The position numbers and the translations under genes were made by a program. A model generated the notes under the pieces. That model did not search any database. It was not told the DNA's origin and saw nothing but the letters and a program-made list of their open reading frames with translations. Shown here piece by piece: positions 27,267 through 37,114 of a DNA stretch of 64,000 bases; the first letter of the stretch is position 1, and each line of letters opens with the position of its first letter. The stretch covers positions 160,683 to 224,682 of the forward strand of contig CAZWLY010000004.1 in the NCBI GenBank assembly GCA_964634465.1. Reading direction: 5' to 3'. This DNA comes from an uncultured Thermodesulfobacteriota bacterium. GTDB lineage: Bacteria > Desulfobacterota > Desulfarculia > G963662305.

Positions 27267-27896
27267 ATGCGCAGACGTAGTACCGGCAAGGCCTCGGGCC
27301 TGTTCTGCTGGCTGCCGACACGGCAGAAACACCGCCGTCCCATGGCCACCGGCAAGCGCAACCTGCCCGAAAAGGGCCCGCTGATTCTGATCGCCAACCA
27401 GGAGGAAATCCTGGACGCGAACATGCTCCAGGAACTGGTCGGGCGCGAGGTTCACCTCCTGGTCGGGCCCAAGCCTTCCTCCAAGTGGAAACGCCTTTTG
27501 GGGGTCGATCACTGCGGCGCGGTCAAGTTCGAGTACGGCGCCCTGGACGGTTGGCGGCAGGCCCTCGACTACCTGGCCCGGGGCGAGGCGGTGGTGGTCA
27601 GCCCCCTGGGCTGGGACGGTCAATCCGATCTGGCCGGCGCGGCCGGGCTGTTGTCCCGGCGCTCGGGCGCGCCGATCATCCCGATCTTCCTCCTGGTCGA
27701 TTGCTGTCATCTGCCCACCCCGGCCGCCGCCGATCTGCCGCCGCCGGATGAGATACTCACCTTTGGTCCACCCTTCGTCGCCGAGAAGTATGACGACCGG
27801 TCGGGGTTGACCGCGGCGCTCCACAACTGGTTTTTGACCATCGACACCACGGCCCACAATCGCTGGCCCTCGCCGACGGCCACTTCCTGGACCTGA
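27267..27896 (+). CDS. Lysophospholipid acyltransferase (PlsC/LPLAT)-like protein with degenerate catalytic motif
   Basis: GPLILIANQEEILDAN sits in the position of the NHxxxxD motif with His replaced by Gln. PIIPIFL resembles LPLAT motif IV. Codon usage is consistent with a real gene. Confidence 0.35.
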   Translation: MRRRSTGKASGLFCWLPTRQKHRRPMATGKRNLPEKGPLILIANQEEILDANMLQELVGREVHLLVGPKPSSKWKRLLGVDHCGAVKFEYGALDGWRQALDYLARGEAVVVSPLGWDGQSDLAGAAGLLSRRSGAPIIPIFLLVDCCHLPTPAAADLPPPDEILTFGPPFVAEKYDDRSGLTAALHNWFLTIDTTAHNRWPSPTATSWT

Positions 27897-28008
27897 CGCC
27901 CCGTCGCCGGGCCGGGGCCGATCTTTCGCCTCCAGGCTTGCCTCGCCTTGCCAGTCGTGATAGTTATGTTCGGTTAACGATAACGAACGCGGCCGGGGAT
28001 TTTGAGGA

Positions 28009-28950
28009 ATGATCGAGATCAAGCACCTGACCAAGCGCTACGGCCCGCTGACCGCCGTAAACGACGTCTCGTTCTCGGTGGCCAGGGGCGACATCCTCGG
28101 CTTTTTGGGACCCAACGGCGCCGGCAAGACGACCACCCTCAAAATCCTGACCGGCTTCCTGACCCCGGACGAGGGCTCGGTGCGCGTCGACGGCCTGGAC
28201 CCGAGCCGGGAGCCGATCGCGGTCAGGCGCAAGCTGGGTTACCTGCCCGAACACGTCCCCCTCTACACCGAGATGTTCGTGGACGAATATCTGGACTTCG
28301 TAGCCCGGGTAAAGGGGGTCGAGGACCGGCGCCGGGCCGTCGGCGAGGTGGTGGCCGCCTGCCAACTGGAGAAGGTCGAGCGGCGCCAGATCGCCAAGCT
28401 GTCCAAGGGTTACCGCCAGCGGGTCGGGCTGGCCCAGGCCCTGATCGGCCAGCCCGAAGTGCTCATCCTGGACGAGCCGACCATCGGCCTCGACCCGGCC
28501 CAGATCGTCGAGATCCGGAACCTGATCCGCTCGCTGGCCGGCGAGAAGACGATCATCCTCTCGACCCACATCCTGCCCGAGGTCAACCAGATCTGTTCCC
28601 GGGTGGTCATCATCGCCGGCGGCAAAGTTATCGCCGAGGACACCCCCCGGGGCTTGACCAGTCCCGGCGAGGCCGGCCTGGAGATCGTGCTCAAGGTGAC
28701 CGGCTCCGGGGAGCGGATGGAGAATGTCTTCAGCCGGGTGGACGGCCTGGCCGAGTGGAAGGCCATCCAGCGGGAGGGCGAGACGGCCAGCTTCAAGATC
28801 GTCGGTCGCCCCGGCTGCGACGTCCGGCCCCAACTGGCCCGGGAGGTCGTCGCCGCCGGGTTGGACCTCCTGGAGATGAAGGCGGTCCGCCTCTCTCTGG
28901 AGGACGTCTTCGTCAAGCTGGTCACCCGCGAGGAGGGCCGGTATGTTTAG
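28009..28950 (+). CDS. ABC transporter ATP-binding protein (GldA-like)
   Basis: Walker A GPNGAGKTT, ABC signature LSKGYRQRVGLAQAL, Walker B LILDEPTIGLD. Confidence 0.85.
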   Translation: MIEIKHLTKRYGPLTAVNDVSFSVARGDILGFLGPNGAGKTTTLKILTGFLTPDEGSVRVDGLDPSREPIAVRRKLGYLPEHVPLYTEMFVDEYLDFVARVKGVEDRRRAVGEVVAACQLEKVERRQIAKLSKGYRQRVGLAQALIGQPEVLILDEPTIGLDPAQIVEIRNLIRSLAGEKTIILSTHILPEVNQICSRVVIIAGGKVIAEDTPRGLTSPGEAGLEIVLKVTGSGERMENVFSRVDGLAEWKAIQREGETASFKIVGRPGCDVRPQLAREVVAAGLDLLEMKAVRLSLEDVFVKLVTREEGRYV

Positions 28951-29719
28951 CCTGACCAACCTCTGGGCCGTCATCCGGCGGGAGATGCGGGTCTACTACA
29001 CCAGCCCCATCGCCTACGCGGTGATGGTCATCTTCCTGGTCGTCTCGGGCTACTTCTACTTCGTCAACTTCACCTACTTCGCCCTGCTCTCCTTCCAGGT
29101 CGGCCAGAACCCCTACCTGGCCACCCTCAACGTCAACGAGAGGGTCCTGGCCCCGACCTTCGGCGACATGGCCGTGGTGCTGTTGTTCATCATGCCCCTT
29201 TTGACCATGCGCCTGTTCGCCGAGGAGAAGAAAGCCGGCACCTTCGAGCTGGTGATGAGCTATCCTCTCCGGGAGTCCGAGATCATCCTGGGCAAGTTCT
29301 TCGCCGCCTTTGGCGTCTTCGGCTCGATGATGATCCCGACCCTGCTCTTTCCGGTCATGGCCGTCACCCTGGCCCAGACCGACCTGGGCCCGGTGGTGAC
29401 CGCCTACCTCGGCCTGATCCTTCTGGGCGCCGCCTTCATCAGTCTCGGCCTGTTCCTCTCGTCGCTGACCGAAAACCAGATCGTGGCCGCGGTCCTCACC
29501 TTGGGCAGCCTGATGGTCCTGTGGTTGATCGGCAACGCCTCCCGGACCTCCTCCTCGACTCTGGCCAAGGTGCTATCCGACATCTCGATCATCGCCCACT
29601 TCGACGGCTTCCACCAGGGTCTGATCGACACCCGAGACCTGGTCTACTACGTCCTGTTCACCCTCTTTTTCCTGTTTTTGACCGCCCGGAGCCTGGAGTC
29701 GAAACGATGGCGCGGCTGA
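28943..29719 (+). CDS. ABC-2 type transporter permease (GldF-like)
   Basis: Six predicted TM helices. 8-bp overlap with the upstream ATPase gene. Typical ABC-2 permease composition. Confidence 0.7.
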   Translation: MFSLTNLWAVIRREMRVYYTSPIAYAVMVIFLVVSGYFYFVNFTYFALLSFQVGQNPYLATLNVNERVLAPTFGDMAVVLLFIMPLLTMRLFAEEKKAGTFELVMSYPLRESEIILGKFFAAFGVFGSMMIPTLLFPVMAVTLAQTDLGPVVTAYLGLILLGAAFISLGLFLSSLTENQIVAAVLTLGSLMVLWLIGNASRTSSSTLAKVLSDISIIAHFDGFHQGLIDTRDLVYYVLFTLFFLFLTARSLESKRWRG

Positions 29720-31278
29720 ACATAATCATCGGCCTCGTCGGCCTGGCGGGGCTCGCCGCCGGCGGGATCATGGTCAACCTCTGGCTCCTGCCGCCGTGGT
29801 GGGCCTGGGCCAGCCTCATCGCCGGCGGTGCGGCCGGGTTGTATTTCGTCCTCGCCGAGCGGCGCTCGATCGCCGGCCTCCTGGGCAGCCGCCGCGGCCG
29901 GCGAGGGGCCGGGGTGGGCTTGATGGTGGTCCTGGTCCTGGCGATCTTCACCTTCATCGAGCTGATCAGCTACCGCCACCACTTCCGTTTCGATCTGACC
30001 GAGGGCAAGTTTCACTCCCTGGCCCCGCAGACCGTCAGCCAGTTGAAGGGTCTCAAAAAAGAGGTCGAGGCCCTGGCCTTCTTCCAGGAGGGGGACAAGC
30101 TCAGGCGGCCGGCCGAGGCTCTGCTCAAGGCCTACGCCTACGAATCGCGGCTGTTCAGTTATCGCTTCCTCGACCCCGACACCAACCCGGCGCAGGCCAA
30201 GCGGTTCGGGATCAAATCCGACGCGGTCATCGTTCTCACCTCGGGCGGGCGCCACCAGCAGGTCGCCGTCATGGATGAAGAATCGCTGACCAACGCCCTG
30301 ATCAATCTGACCAGGGAGGCCAGCAAGAAGGTCTTTTTCGTCACCGGCCACGGCGAACACTCCATCACCGAGGCCGGGCGGACCTCCATGGCCCAGGCGG
30401 CGGAGGAGTTGAGGGCGCAGGGTTACGACGTCGCGCCGATCAACCTGGTGCAAACCGACGCCCTGGAGCCCGGTTCGGTGATCGTCATCGCCGGCCCGGA
30501 GAGCGACTTCGCCCCCCAGGAGGTGGAGTTCCTCAGCCGCTACGCCGCGCAGGGGGGGCGGCTGTTGGTCATGCTCAACCCCGGAGCGGACGCCGGCCTG
30601 TCCGCCTTCCTGGCCGGTTTCGGGGTGGCGCCCCAAGAGACGGTGATCATCGACCGCCTGGCCCGGCGGATGGGGGCGGCGCTGACCATGGCCGTGGTCA
30701 CCAACTACCCGCCCCATGCCATCACCCGCGGCTTCGAGATGATGTCGCTGTTTCCCAACGCCCGCTCGCTGAAGCTCGAGAAGGAGTGGCCCAGGAACCT
30801 GGCCGTGGCCCCCCTGGCCCTGACCGGTCCCAGCGCCTGGGGCGAAACCGATATCGCCCGGCTCTTTAAGGGCGAGGCCGAACTGACCGAGGACGACGTC
30901 AAGGGGCCGCTGCCGGTGGCGGTGGTCGTCGAGGCGGTGGAGGAACCGGACGGCGGGAGCGAGGAGAAGAATCGGCCGCAACAGCCGGCCAGCCCGGCCG
31001 GCCGGGGCTTTCGAATGGTCGTCTTCGGCGATTCCGAGTTCGCCTCCAACGCCCACATCAACGTCGCCGGTAACCGGAACCTGTTCCTGAACACCGTCGC
31101 CTGGTTGGCCGAGGACGAGGAGTTGATCTCGCTTCGGCCGTCGAGGTCCCGGTTCAAGCCGGCGGTGTTGTCGGTGACGGCCGGGCGGCTCGTCTTTTGG
31201 CTGCCGGTGGTGGTCGTGCCGGGCATCGTCTTGTTGATCGGACTCGTCGCGGTCATCCGGAGGCGGAGGCGGGCTTGA
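29707..31278 (+). CDS. GldG-like ABC-transporter auxiliary component (N- and C-terminal TM anchors, large periplasmic domain)
   Basis: ATG at 29707 overlaps the permease stop. N-terminal TM helices and C-terminal TM LVFWLPVVVVPGIVLLIGLVAVIRRRRRA. The FVTGHGE motif region is typical of the GldG family. Confidence 0.65.
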   Translation: MARLNIIIGLVGLAGLAAGGIMVNLWLLPPWWAWASLIAGGAAGLYFVLAERRSIAGLLGSRRGRRGAGVGLMVVLVLAIFTFIELISYRHHFRFDLTEGKFHSLAPQTVSQLKGLKKEVEALAFFQEGDKLRRPAEALLKAYAYESRLFSYRFLDPDTNPAQAKRFGIKSDAVIVLTSGGRHQQVAVMDEESLTNALINLTREASKKVFFVTGHGEHSITEAGRTSMAQAAEELRAQGYDVAPINLVQTDALEPGSVIVIAGPESDFAPQEVEFLSRYAAQGGRLLVMLNPGADAGLSAFLAGFGVAPQETVIIDRLARRMGAALTMAVVTNYPPHAITRGFEMMSLFPNARSLKLEKEWPRNLAVAPLALTGPSAWGETDIARLFKGEAELTEDDVKGPLPVAVVVEAVEEPDGGSEEKNRPQQPASPAGRGFRMVVFGDSEFASNAHINVAGNRNLFLNTVAWLAEDEELISLRPSRSRFKPAVLSVTAGRLVFWLPVVVVPGIVLLIGLVAVIRRRRRA

Positions 31279-32570
31279 GGGCGTTTCTGATCCTGACCGG
31301 AATTCTGATCTGCCTGGCCGGCTTCTACCTCGCCTGGGATGTACCCCGAGAGGCCAGGGAGGAGGAGGCCGAGTACCAGAGCCGATTGTTCTTCGGCATC
31401 GACCCGAACCGGGTGATCGGCCTCCAGATCCGCCGGGCCGGCCGGCCGGCCATCGAGCTTGTCCGGGAGGGCGGAGAGTGGCGGCTGATCGCGCCCATCG
31501 AGGATCGGGCCGAGCGGTTCGAGGTGCTGGAGGTGCTCGAAGGCCTGGCCAAGCTGAGCGAGATCAAGTCCATAAAAAACGCCGAGTTGGGGCAGTTCGG
31601 GCTTGAACCGCCCGAGATGCGTCTTATCCTTGAGTTTGAAGACGGCCCGAGACGCTCGTTGGACGTCGGCGGGACCAATCCCAAGGGGGACGGCCGCTAC
31701 GTCAGGGCCGACGGCGGGCGAACGGTCCGGCTGGTGGACAAGGACTCGGTGGCCCCCTTCGAGAAGGACGCCGCCGCCTTCCGGGACAGGATCGTCCTGG
31801 AGGTGGATCGGGCCAAGCTTACGGCCATCGACCTCGGCGGCCCCAAGGGGCGGTTGGAGGCTCGCCGCCGTGACGGTCGCTGGTGGGTGTCGGCTCCGGG
31901 CGGCGCACCGGCCCGGCCGGCCGACCCGAAGCTGATCGAACGGCTGGCGGCGGCGCTTTTCAGCCACCGGATCAAGGCCTTCCTGGACCGCCCCCCGGCC
32001 GGCGAGCCGGAGCTGACTTTGAGCCTCGCCGGCGCCAACGGCCGTTACTGGGTCAAGCTGTGGCGGCCGGCGGAGGGCGAGAAGCTGGTCAGCGGCGTCT
32101 CCAGCCGCCAGAAGCAGGCCTTCCGGGTGGAGCGAGGCTTCTGGGACCAGTTGAGCTTAAACGCCGATGATTTGATCGATCGCCGGCTGTTGATTTACGA
32201 CTTGGACAAGGTCCGCCGGCTGGAGGTGGTCCGAGGGGACAAGTGGCTGGTGGTGGAAAAGGACCTCAACGGGGTGTGGCGCATCGAGGAGCCCGAAGGC
32301 GGCGTCATCGACGGCCGCCCGATCGACCCGGCCTCGGCCGCGTCGGTGATTTTCGATATGAGCGAGGTCCGATACAAGAGACTCGCCCGGGGGCCGTTTG
32401 AGCCCCGAGTGACCTTGCGGGTGACCGGCAAAGACGGCCTTGACGCCGCCCTGGAACTGGGCCGGAAGACCGAGGGCGGGATAACGGCCCGGCTGGCCGG
32501 CCAGGACAAGATCTATGTCGTCGGGCTGGAGTACTTTGCCGATCTGCCCGCGCCCTGGGCAATTGAATGA
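31275..32570 (+). CDS. DUF4340-domain protein (usual fourth gene of GldA/F/G-like transporter clusters)
   Basis: TTG at 31275 overlaps the GldG-like stop (TTGA). N-terminal TM LRAFLILTGILICLAGFYLAW. Position after the GldG-like gene matches the conserved 4-gene arrangement. Confidence 0.5.
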   Translation: MRAFLILTGILICLAGFYLAWDVPREAREEEAEYQSRLFFGIDPNRVIGLQIRRAGRPAIELVREGGEWRLIAPIEDRAERFEVLEVLEGLAKLSEIKSIKNAELGQFGLEPPEMRLILEFEDGPRRSLDVGGTNPKGDGRYVRADGGRTVRLVDKDSVAPFEKDAAAFRDRIVLEVDRAKLTAIDLGGPKGRLEARRRDGRWWVSAPGGAPARPADPKLIERLAAALFSHRIKAFLDRPPAGEPELTLSLAGANGRYWVKLWRPAEGEKLVSGVSSRQKQAFRVERGFWDQLSLNADDLIDRRLLIYDLDKVRRLEVVRGDKWLVVEKDLNGVWRIEEPEGGVIDGRPIDPASAASVIFDMSEVRYKRLARGPFEPRVTLRVTGKDGLDAALELGRKTEGGITARLAGQDKIYVVGLEYFADLPAPWAIE

Positions 32571-32657
32571 GGATACGACTCCGGCCCGGCCGGAGCGGAG
32601 GCGTTTCGCCCCGGCTTTTGAGGGCCGAGATGATCAAACTTTGGTGAGGAACAAAAG

Positions 32658-32930
32658 ATGGCTCGTGTAACCGTTGAAGACTGCCTGCGTGAAGTCAACA
32701 ATCGCTTCGCCCTGGTCCATCTGGCCGCCCAGCGGGTCCGCCAGTTCAGGCAGGGCGCCAAGCCCCGGATCGAAAGCAAGAACAAAGAGGTGGTCGTCGC
32801 CTTGAGGGAGATCGCCGCGGCCAAGACCAGCTTTGACGAGCCGCCGGCCATCGTCCGTCCGGCCAGAATCGCCCCCGGCGCCCTGAACGTTCCAGCCGCC
32901 ACCGGCGACGTCGATCCCGAAGAGGATTAG
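32658..32930 (+). CDS. rpoZ: DNA-directed RNA polymerase subunit omega
   Basis: [30 protein letters not shown] is the canonical RpoZ N-terminus. Confidence 0.75.
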   Translation: MARVTVEDCLREVNNRFALVHLAAQRVRQFRQGAKPRIESKNKEVVVALREIAAAKTSFDEPPAIVRPARIAPGALNVPAATGDVDPEED

Positions 32931-33015
32931 CCGGCCTTTCGAGTTGGAGCGGCGCCGGGCGAGGCCTCCGACGGCAAGCTCGCGGCGGGGTTGAGAGCAG
33001 CGATCGACAAAGACG

Positions 33016-34182
33016 ATGGCGGAGAGAGTGGACTACTACGAAATTCTTGGAGTCTCGGCCAACTGCAGCGCCGAGGAGCTGAAGTCTGCCTATCGCAAGA
33101 AGGCGATGCAGTACCATCCCGACCGCAACCCCGGCGACAAGGAAGCCGAGACCCTGTTCAAGCAGTGCGCCGAGGCCTACGAGGTCTTGAGCGATCCGGA
33201 GAAGCGACGCATCTACGACCAGTTCGGCCATGAAGGGCTCAACGGCCACGGCTTCCAGGGCTTCTCCGGCTTCGAGGACATCTTCTCCCACTTCTCCGAC
33301 ATCTTCGGCGAGTTCTTCGGTTTCACCTCCCGGGGGCAGCGGGGCCTGGCCGGCGCCGACCTGCGCTACGACCTGGAGATCGATTTCGAACAGGCCGTCT
33401 TCGGGGCCGAGGTGGAGTTGGAAGTCCCTCGGATGACCACCTGCTTCGACTGCGGCGGCACCGGGGCCAGGCCCGGCACCGACCCCCAGCCCTGCCCGGA
33501 CTGCCGGGGACGGGGCCAGATCTACCGCAGCCAGGGCTTCCTGCGCATCGCCGCCGCTTGTCCCACCTGCCGGGGCGAGGGCAAGGTCATCACCGATCCC
33601 TGCCCCCGGTGCTACGGCCAAGGTCGGACCCGTCAGACGGCCAGGGTGAAGGTCAAGATTCCGGCCGGGGTGGACACCGGCTCGCGCCTGAGGCTCAGGG
33701 GCGAGGGCGAGGACGGCCTTCGCGGCGGTCCGCCCGGCGATCTCTACGTCGTCTTGAAGGTCAAGGAAGACGAGCGCTTCGTGCGCGAGGGCGACAACCT
33801 GATCCACACCGTCCACCTCGACATGGCCGCCGCCGCCTTGGGTGTCCAGATCGAAATCCCCACCCTGGGCGAGCCCAAGGCGCTCAAGATCCCGGCCGGC
33901 GTCCAGTCCGGCCACGTCTTCCAGCTTCGGGGAGAGGGCGTGCCCCGTCTCAGGGGTTACGGCCGGGGTGATCTGCTGGTCCAGGTCATCGTCGACACCC
34001 CGAGAAAGCTGACCGCCCGCCAGAAGGAGTTGCTCAGGGAGTTCGCCGAGATCGAGGCCGAAAAGGCCGGTGGCGGCGGCTTTATCGACGGCCTGAAGAA
34101 AATGGCCTCCAAGGCGGCCGGCTTGAGCGGTAACGGCAAAAAGTCCAAGGCCAAAGCCGAAAAGAGCGACCAGACCGGATAG
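33016..34182 (+). CDS. dnaJ: Chaperone DnaJ
   Basis: J domain with [16 protein letters not shown] (HPD motif), G/F-rich linker, and four CxxCxGxG zinc-finger repeats. Confidence 0.9.
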   Translation: MAERVDYYEILGVSANCSAEELKSAYRKKAMQYHPDRNPGDKEAETLFKQCAEAYEVLSDPEKRRIYDQFGHEGLNGHGFQGFSGFEDIFSHFSDIFGEFFGFTSRGQRGLAGADLRYDLEIDFEQAVFGAEVELEVPRMTTCFDCGGTGARPGTDPQPCPDCRGRGQIYRSQGFLRIAAACPTCRGEGKVITDPCPRCYGQGRTRQTARVKVKIPAGVDTGSRLRLRGEGEDGLRGGPPGDLYVVLKVKEDERFVREGDNLIHTVHLDMAAAALGVQIEIPTLGEPKALKIPAGVQSGHVFQLRGEGVPRLRGYGRGDLLVQVIVDTPRKLTARQKELLREFAEIEAEKAGGGGFIDGLKKMASKAAGLSGNGKKSKAKAEKSDQTG

Positions 34183-34190
34183 GAGGGGCG

Positions 34191-34661
34191 ATGGGGCTTT
34201 CCCACGTTGACGACAAGGGTCAGGCCAGGATGGTGGACGTCACCGACAAGGCGGCCACCCGCCGAGTGGCCCGGGCCGTGGGAACGATCAAGCTGGGAGC
34301 CGAGGCCCTGAGCGCACTCCAGGAGAACCGGGCGGCCAAGGGCGACGTCCTGGGCGCCGCCCGGCTGGCCGGGATCATGGCCGCCAAGAAGACGCCCGAA
34401 CTCATCCCCCTCTGTCACCCCCTGCCCATCTCTTCGGTCAAGGTCGATCTCGACGTCAACGAGGCCGAATCGAGCGTCGAGGTCACGGCCGAGGCCAAGA
34501 CCACCGCCGTCACCGGGGTGGAAATGGAGGCCCTGACCGCGGCCAGCGTGGCGCTTTTGACCGTCTACGACATGCTCAAGGCGGTGGACAAATCCATGGT
34601 CATCGGCCCGATCAGACTGGTCTACAAATCGGGCGGCAAGAGCGGCGTCTACCAGGCCTGA
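34191..34661 (+). CDS. moaC: Cyclic pyranopterin monophosphate synthase MoaC
   Basis: HVDDKGQARMVDVTDKAATRRVARA...ELIPLCHPLPISSVKVDL is highly characteristic of MoaC. Confidence 0.85.
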   Translation: MGLSHVDDKGQARMVDVTDKAATRRVARAVGTIKLGAEALSALQENRAAKGDVLGAARLAGIMAAKKTPELIPLCHPLPISSVKVDLDVNEAESSVEVTAEAKTTAVTGVEMEALTAASVALLTVYDMLKAVDKSMVIGPIRLVYKSGGKSGVYQA

Positions 34662-34739
34662 TCGGCCGCCCAAACCCTTTACACGTGCCTGGTAACGTGC
34701 TAAAGAGAATAACCTTTGCAGTTTACCTGGGAGTAGGTA

Positions 34740-35102
34740 ATGAAAAAAGAGCAGCTTGAGGAGTTCCGCAAAATCCTGAACGAGCGGCTCGCTGAGCTGA
34801 TCGACGAGGCGGCCAAGACCGTCTCCGGTATGACCGACACCAAGGAGAATCTGCCCGACCCGACCGACCGGGCCACCATGGAGTGGGACCAGAACTTCAT
34901 GCTCCGCATCCGCGATCGGGAGAGGAAGCTGATCAGCAAGATCAGGAAGGCCTTGGAGCGGATAGACGACGGCAGCTACGGCATCTGCGACGGCTGCGGC
35001 GAGGAGATCGGCCTCGAGCGGCTCAAGGCCCGGCCGGTGACCACGCTGTGCATTGAGTGCAAGACGGCTCAAGAGGCCAAGGAGAAGGCCAGGGGCCTTT
35101 AG
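34740..35102 (+). CDS. dksA: DksA/TraR-family C4 zinc-finger transcription factor
   Basis: Coiled-coil N-terminus and CDGCGEEIGLERLKARPVTTLCIECK C4 zinc finger. Confidence 0.8.
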   Translation: MKKEQLEEFRKILNERLAELIDEAAKTVSGMTDTKENLPDPTDRATMEWDQNFMLRIRDRERKLISKIRKALERIDDGSYGICDGCGEEIGLERLKARPVTTLCIECKTAQEAKEKARGL

Positions 35103-35204
35103 CCCGGATATTTCATGAGCGATTTGCTGGGACTTCCAACTTCCGCCCGCGGGGCTTGGTTCACGGTTTCGGCCCTCGGCCCGGCGTTCAGGCGCGCCGC
35201 AGGC

Positions 35205-35241
35205 GATATCCCCTCACTTGCGGCGGGGTTGTTTATCTTCG
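35205..35241 (+). repeat. 37-bp repeat copy A (gatatcccctcacttgcggcggggttgtttatcttcg) upstream of the WbaP-like gene
   Basis: 81% identical to copy B at 36798..36834 (gataccccgtcgctggcggcggggttgctcattttcg). A partial third copy lies at about 36756..36778. Confidence 0.6.
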
Positions 35242-35337
35242 CGTTTCGCCAGCGGATTTGGCCCTCTCGTTACGATCACGCGCGCCACATCCGGGCCATA
35301 AAATAATTAAGTCAAGCTCTATTCAGCCGGGGCGGTC

Positions 35338-36735
35338 ATGCTGGTCCAAAGGCTCCAATTCTACCGTTCCGTACTCCTGCTCTCCGACGCCCTGGTTATC
35401 GCCGCCACCTGGATCGCGGCCTACTTCATCCGTTTTCACCTCCCCCTGATCGCCGTCACCAAGGGCGTGCCGCCCTTCTCCCTCTATCTCAAGGGGTTGA
35501 TTCTGGTCGAGGTGATCTGGCTGACGACCTTCTATTTTACCGGCCTCTACAAGGTGACCACCCGCAACACCCGCCAGTTGATGGTCGTCTTGGCCAGGGC
35601 CGAGGTGGTCGCCTTCTTGACCCTGATCGCAATCACCTGGTTCACCCACCGCCAGACCTTTTCCCGGATCGTTTTTCTGTTCTTCTTCGTCCTGTCCTAC
35701 TTCGCCCTGGCCGGGGCGCGAATGTGGCTCAAGCGGCGCTTCGTGCTGGCCGATCGACCGGGATTCAAGGTCAGGACGCTCATCGTCGGCGTGGGCGAGT
35801 TGGGCGAGCGGACCGCCGAGCGCCTCTGCCTGAGGCCCGAGTTGGGGGTGGAGGTGGTCGGTTTTCTGGCCGAGCGCCCCGATCAGGCCCCGCCCCAGGT
35901 CTGCGACCGGCCGGTTCTGGGCGGCTACGAGGAGTTGGACCGGATCATCGGCGAGATGGGCGTCGGCCTGGTCTTCATCGCCCTGCCTCTGGAGTCGCAG
36001 CACCGCCTGGGCGAGATCATCGCCTCGATCACCAACGATATGGTCGATGTCAAGGTGGTCCCGGACCTGGGCCGGTTCATGGCGCTGAGGAGTTCGATCG
36101 AGGAACTGGACGGCCTGCCCATCGTCAGCCTGAGGGAATCGCCCATGCACGGCTGGAACCAGGTGCTGAAGAGGGCCCTGGACATCGCCGTGGCCGTGCC
36201 GGCCCTGATCATCAGCTCGCCGATCATGCTCTTGGCCGCCATCGCCATCAAGCTGACCTCCAAGGGACCGGTCTTGTATCGCCAGGAGCGGATGGGCCTC
36301 GACGGCCAGATCTTCAACATGGCCAAGTTCAGAACGATGAGGGTCGATGCCGAGGAGAAGACCGGACCGGTCTGGGCCAAGCGCGACGATCCCCGGCGGA
36401 CTCTGGTCGGCCGGTTCCTGCGCCGCTTCTCCATCGACGAACTGCCCCAATTGGTCCACGTCTTGAAAGGCGAGATGTCCCTGGTCGGCCCCCGCCCCGA
36501 ACGGCCCGAGTTCATCGAGCAGTTCAAGACCCGCATCCCCAAGTACATGGCCCGCCACAAGATGAAGGCCGGCATGACCGGCCTGGCCCAAGTCAAGGGC
36601 TATCGGGGCAACACTTCGATCGAGGGCCGCATCGAGTACGATCTGGAATACATCAAGAACTGGTCGGTCGGGCTCGATCTGAAGATCATGGCCCGGACGA
36701 TATGGCTGATTCTGGTCGATCGCAACGCCTATTGA
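35338..36735 (+). CDS. Exopolysaccharide/O-antigen priming polyprenyl glycosylphosphotransferase (WbaP/EpsB-like bacterial sugar transferase)
   Basis: N-terminal multi-TM region, then the C-terminal bacterial sugar transferase domain (VGPRPERPEFIEQFKTRIPKYMARHKMKAGMTGLAQV). Confidence 0.8.
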   Translation: MLVQRLQFYRSVLLLSDALVIAATWIAAYFIRFHLPLIAVTKGVPPFSLYLKGLILVEVIWLTTFYFTGLYKVTTRNTRQLMVVLARAEVVAFLTLIAITWFTHRQTFSRIVFLFFFVLSYFALAGARMWLKRRFVLADRPGFKVRTLIVGVGELGERTAERLCLRPELGVEVVGFLAERPDQAPPQVCDRPVLGGYEELDRIIGEMGVGLVFIALPLESQHRLGEIIASITNDMVDVKVVPDLGRFMALRSSIEELDGLPIVSLRESPMHGWNQVLKRALDIAVAVPALIISSPIMLLAAIAIKLTSKGPVLYRQERMGLDGQIFNMAKFRTMRVDAEEKTGPVWAKRDDPRRTLVGRFLRRFSIDELPQLVHVLKGEMSLVGPRPERPEFIEQFKTRIPKYMARHKMKAGMTGLAQVKGYRGNTSIEGRIEYDLEYIKNWSVGLDLKIMARTIWLILVDRNAY

Positions 36736-36797
36736 GCCCCCACGGGGGATTCATTCCCCGCAACTTGCGGCGAAAAAACGACTCTGCCTCTGTTACC

Positions 36798-36834
36798 GAT
36801 ACCCCGTCGCTGGCGGCGGGGTTGCTCATTTTCG
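36798..36834 (+). repeat. 37-bp repeat copy B downstream of the WbaP-like gene
   Basis: See copy A. In one shared frame both copies encode D[IT]PSLAAGL[FL]IF, and 5 of 7 differing codons are synonymous. Confidence 0.6.
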
Positions 36835-37114
36835 GTAGATGGGCCGCTCTCGCAGCCGCCCCCGCCGAGTGACAATTGCTTAGAGAGGCGATCGGACGCC
36901 TGTCAGCGTCCAGGCCGGAGTCGTTTCGTTTTCGGGGAGGGATATCTTTGGCCGGATCGGCTCTCCGGTCGGCTAGAATTACGCCCTCAACCTTCCAGGG
37001 CCTGGTCTTAGGCGGGACGGCCGGCTCGCCCCCGGCGCGCCCCGCCGTGACCCTTGAAGATTCCGGTCGATGCGCCGGAACGAGGCATGGGCGGCTCGCT
37101 CCGGCTGGATAGGT

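Noticed and set aside
29647-31056. 469-aa minus-strand ORF and 30705..31967(-)
   Set aside because: Antisense to the GldG-like and DUF4340 genes.
35724-36872. 382-aa plus-strand ORF in an alternate frame of the WbaP-like gene
   Set aside because: Arg/Gly-rich alternate-frame translation of a gene with a clear sugar-transferase domain. Only its extreme 3' tail (after 36735, containing repeat copy B) is discussed as a possible small ORF.
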